Below are positions 35,571-36,848 of a stretch of 36,848 nucleotides of DNA, piece by piece. The stretch is from Trichosphaerium sp. ATCC 40318 (lineage: Eukaryota; Protista; Tubulinea). A program made the position numbers and the translations under genes. Location of the stretch: the NCBI GenBank assembly GCA_038496445.1, contig JALMLS010000049.1, forward strand, positions 1-36,848. The letters run 5' to 3'. Numbering within the stretch: the first letter of the stretch is position 1; each line of letters opens with the position of its first letter. The notes under the pieces were generated by a model that made no database searches, had not been told where the DNA came from, and saw only the letters and a program-made list of their open reading frames with translations.

Positions 35571-36848
35571 TTAGCATTGACTATTTCCTACTATAGTAAT
35601 GATAGTTGCAAGAGAGAAACCAGAGTCACCTGCTCCGTTTTGTTGACTGAATGGAGTTGCAACAATAGTTAAATCAACTTCATCATTTTGAGAGTCACAT
35701 ATTGGATTAGAATTCAAAGGCAACGTTACACTTGCAGGTAAATTCACGTTTCTATTGTCGTGTGTTAGTTAAGAAAAAACAAGGAATGTGAGACGCACAT
35801 TGACTGTGGTGACCCTACACCGCTTATGTCAAAAGTAACTGACCCAACAGGTCCAACTGTTGACGCTTCAATTGTTACAGTTGGTGTTTGAACATCAGTG
35901 ACATCAATAATGTTCCCATTAAACAACGCTTCTTTCAAAACAGTTGCTCCACTCAATATTCTTATGCTAGGAACTGTTGCGCAAGAATTATCACCAGAAA
36001 GTGGTGCTATAAATGCCTCTTCTGGCACAGAACCATCAGTTATCCTCTCAAGTATTGTATTCATTGTTATTTGACGGACTTGGTCAAGTTCAGCTAAAGA
36101 ACAATGTTAGAAGCGATAATCTCAGGTGTATTTTAAGACATAGCATATCCGCAGTTTGTTTAACATACCTTGTGTCAGACCAGGCTCATTGATACCAGGC
36201 ATGTTACCCAGAGAAGGAATATTCTCATACCAGAACCTATCACCATCTCTAAGACGTCGGAATTGGTCAAGAAGCACTTTGGATAAGGTTCGACCCATCG
36301 CTGATCCAATTTCTTTTTCTTCCGCCAAAAAAGCAAACCAAGGGTCCAAAGCAGTAAGCTTTTGATATACCTGTGTAATGTTATTAGGCAAGGTATGAAA
36401 GTACTCATGTATTACGTCTCTCGTATTGGCGGCCAAATCAGGTACATCAGAGAATTGTTCAAGCCATGACTCGAAACATTCTACATCGTCTACTGCAGAT
36501 AATGGTGTAGAATTGCAAAAATCATATAAGCTAGTTGTTCCTGGTTCCAGTGGATTCCAGCTGCTGTATACTGTTTCGAAATCAGCTATACCATTGTCAC
36601 GTGCACGGGCCATGAACAAAGACACAACGTCTATAAACTATTAGAAGAGATTTTGGGATGAAGTAAAACAGTAAAATTCGACACTTACCAACTCCAACAG
36701 AGGTTTGTGCAGGAATATTAAAGTTTCTCAAAATATCTGATACCATATGATCTATTTGTTCTATTGGTGTGTATATAATAGCACGAAGAACATTATCAAA
36801 GCTTCCAGCTGCGCAAGTCTATGAAAAGAACATAAGATAAAGAGAAAA
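35571..36848 (-). CDS. Animal-type haem peroxidase (peroxidase-cyclooxygenase superfamily), 3' part with an extra beta-rich C-terminal domain; runs off the window
   Basis: RARDNGIADF, LDPWFAFLAEE, MGRTLSKVLLDQFRRLRDGDRFWYEN. The last exon ends ..TIITIVGNSQC*, with the stop at 35571-35573. Confidence 0.88.

Overview
Eukaryotic, AT-rich, compact, intron-dense genomic DNA with short GT-AG introns and the standard code. The gene content looks protist and is most compatible with an amoebozoan (inference). Host genes, left to right: the 3' end of a single-pass membrane protein; an MRH (mannose-6-phosphate-receptor homology)-like gene; an unusual receiver (REC) + PARP-like ADP-ribosyltransferase + tyrosine-kinase-like fusion; AP-1 gamma-adaptin; a SAM-SAM-TM gene; an F-box/LRR gene; an RCC1-repeat + Ig-like + TKL kinase; a receptor-type tyrosine kinase; a secreted GHL15/GH168-like hydrolase; a decayed inverted copy of the MRH gene; a second, intact F-box/LRR gene; and the 3' part of an animal-type haem peroxidase. 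Positions 10.7-21.9 kb form a transposon nest. Two non-coding TIR elements each interrupt a host gene. A 5'-truncated LINE (RNase H + zinc finger) is split by a full-length Ty3/gypsy element with 83-bp LTRs, whose inactivating lesions are mostly explainable as CpG transitions. Spliced models were assembled by eye, so exon boundaries and some starts are approximate.
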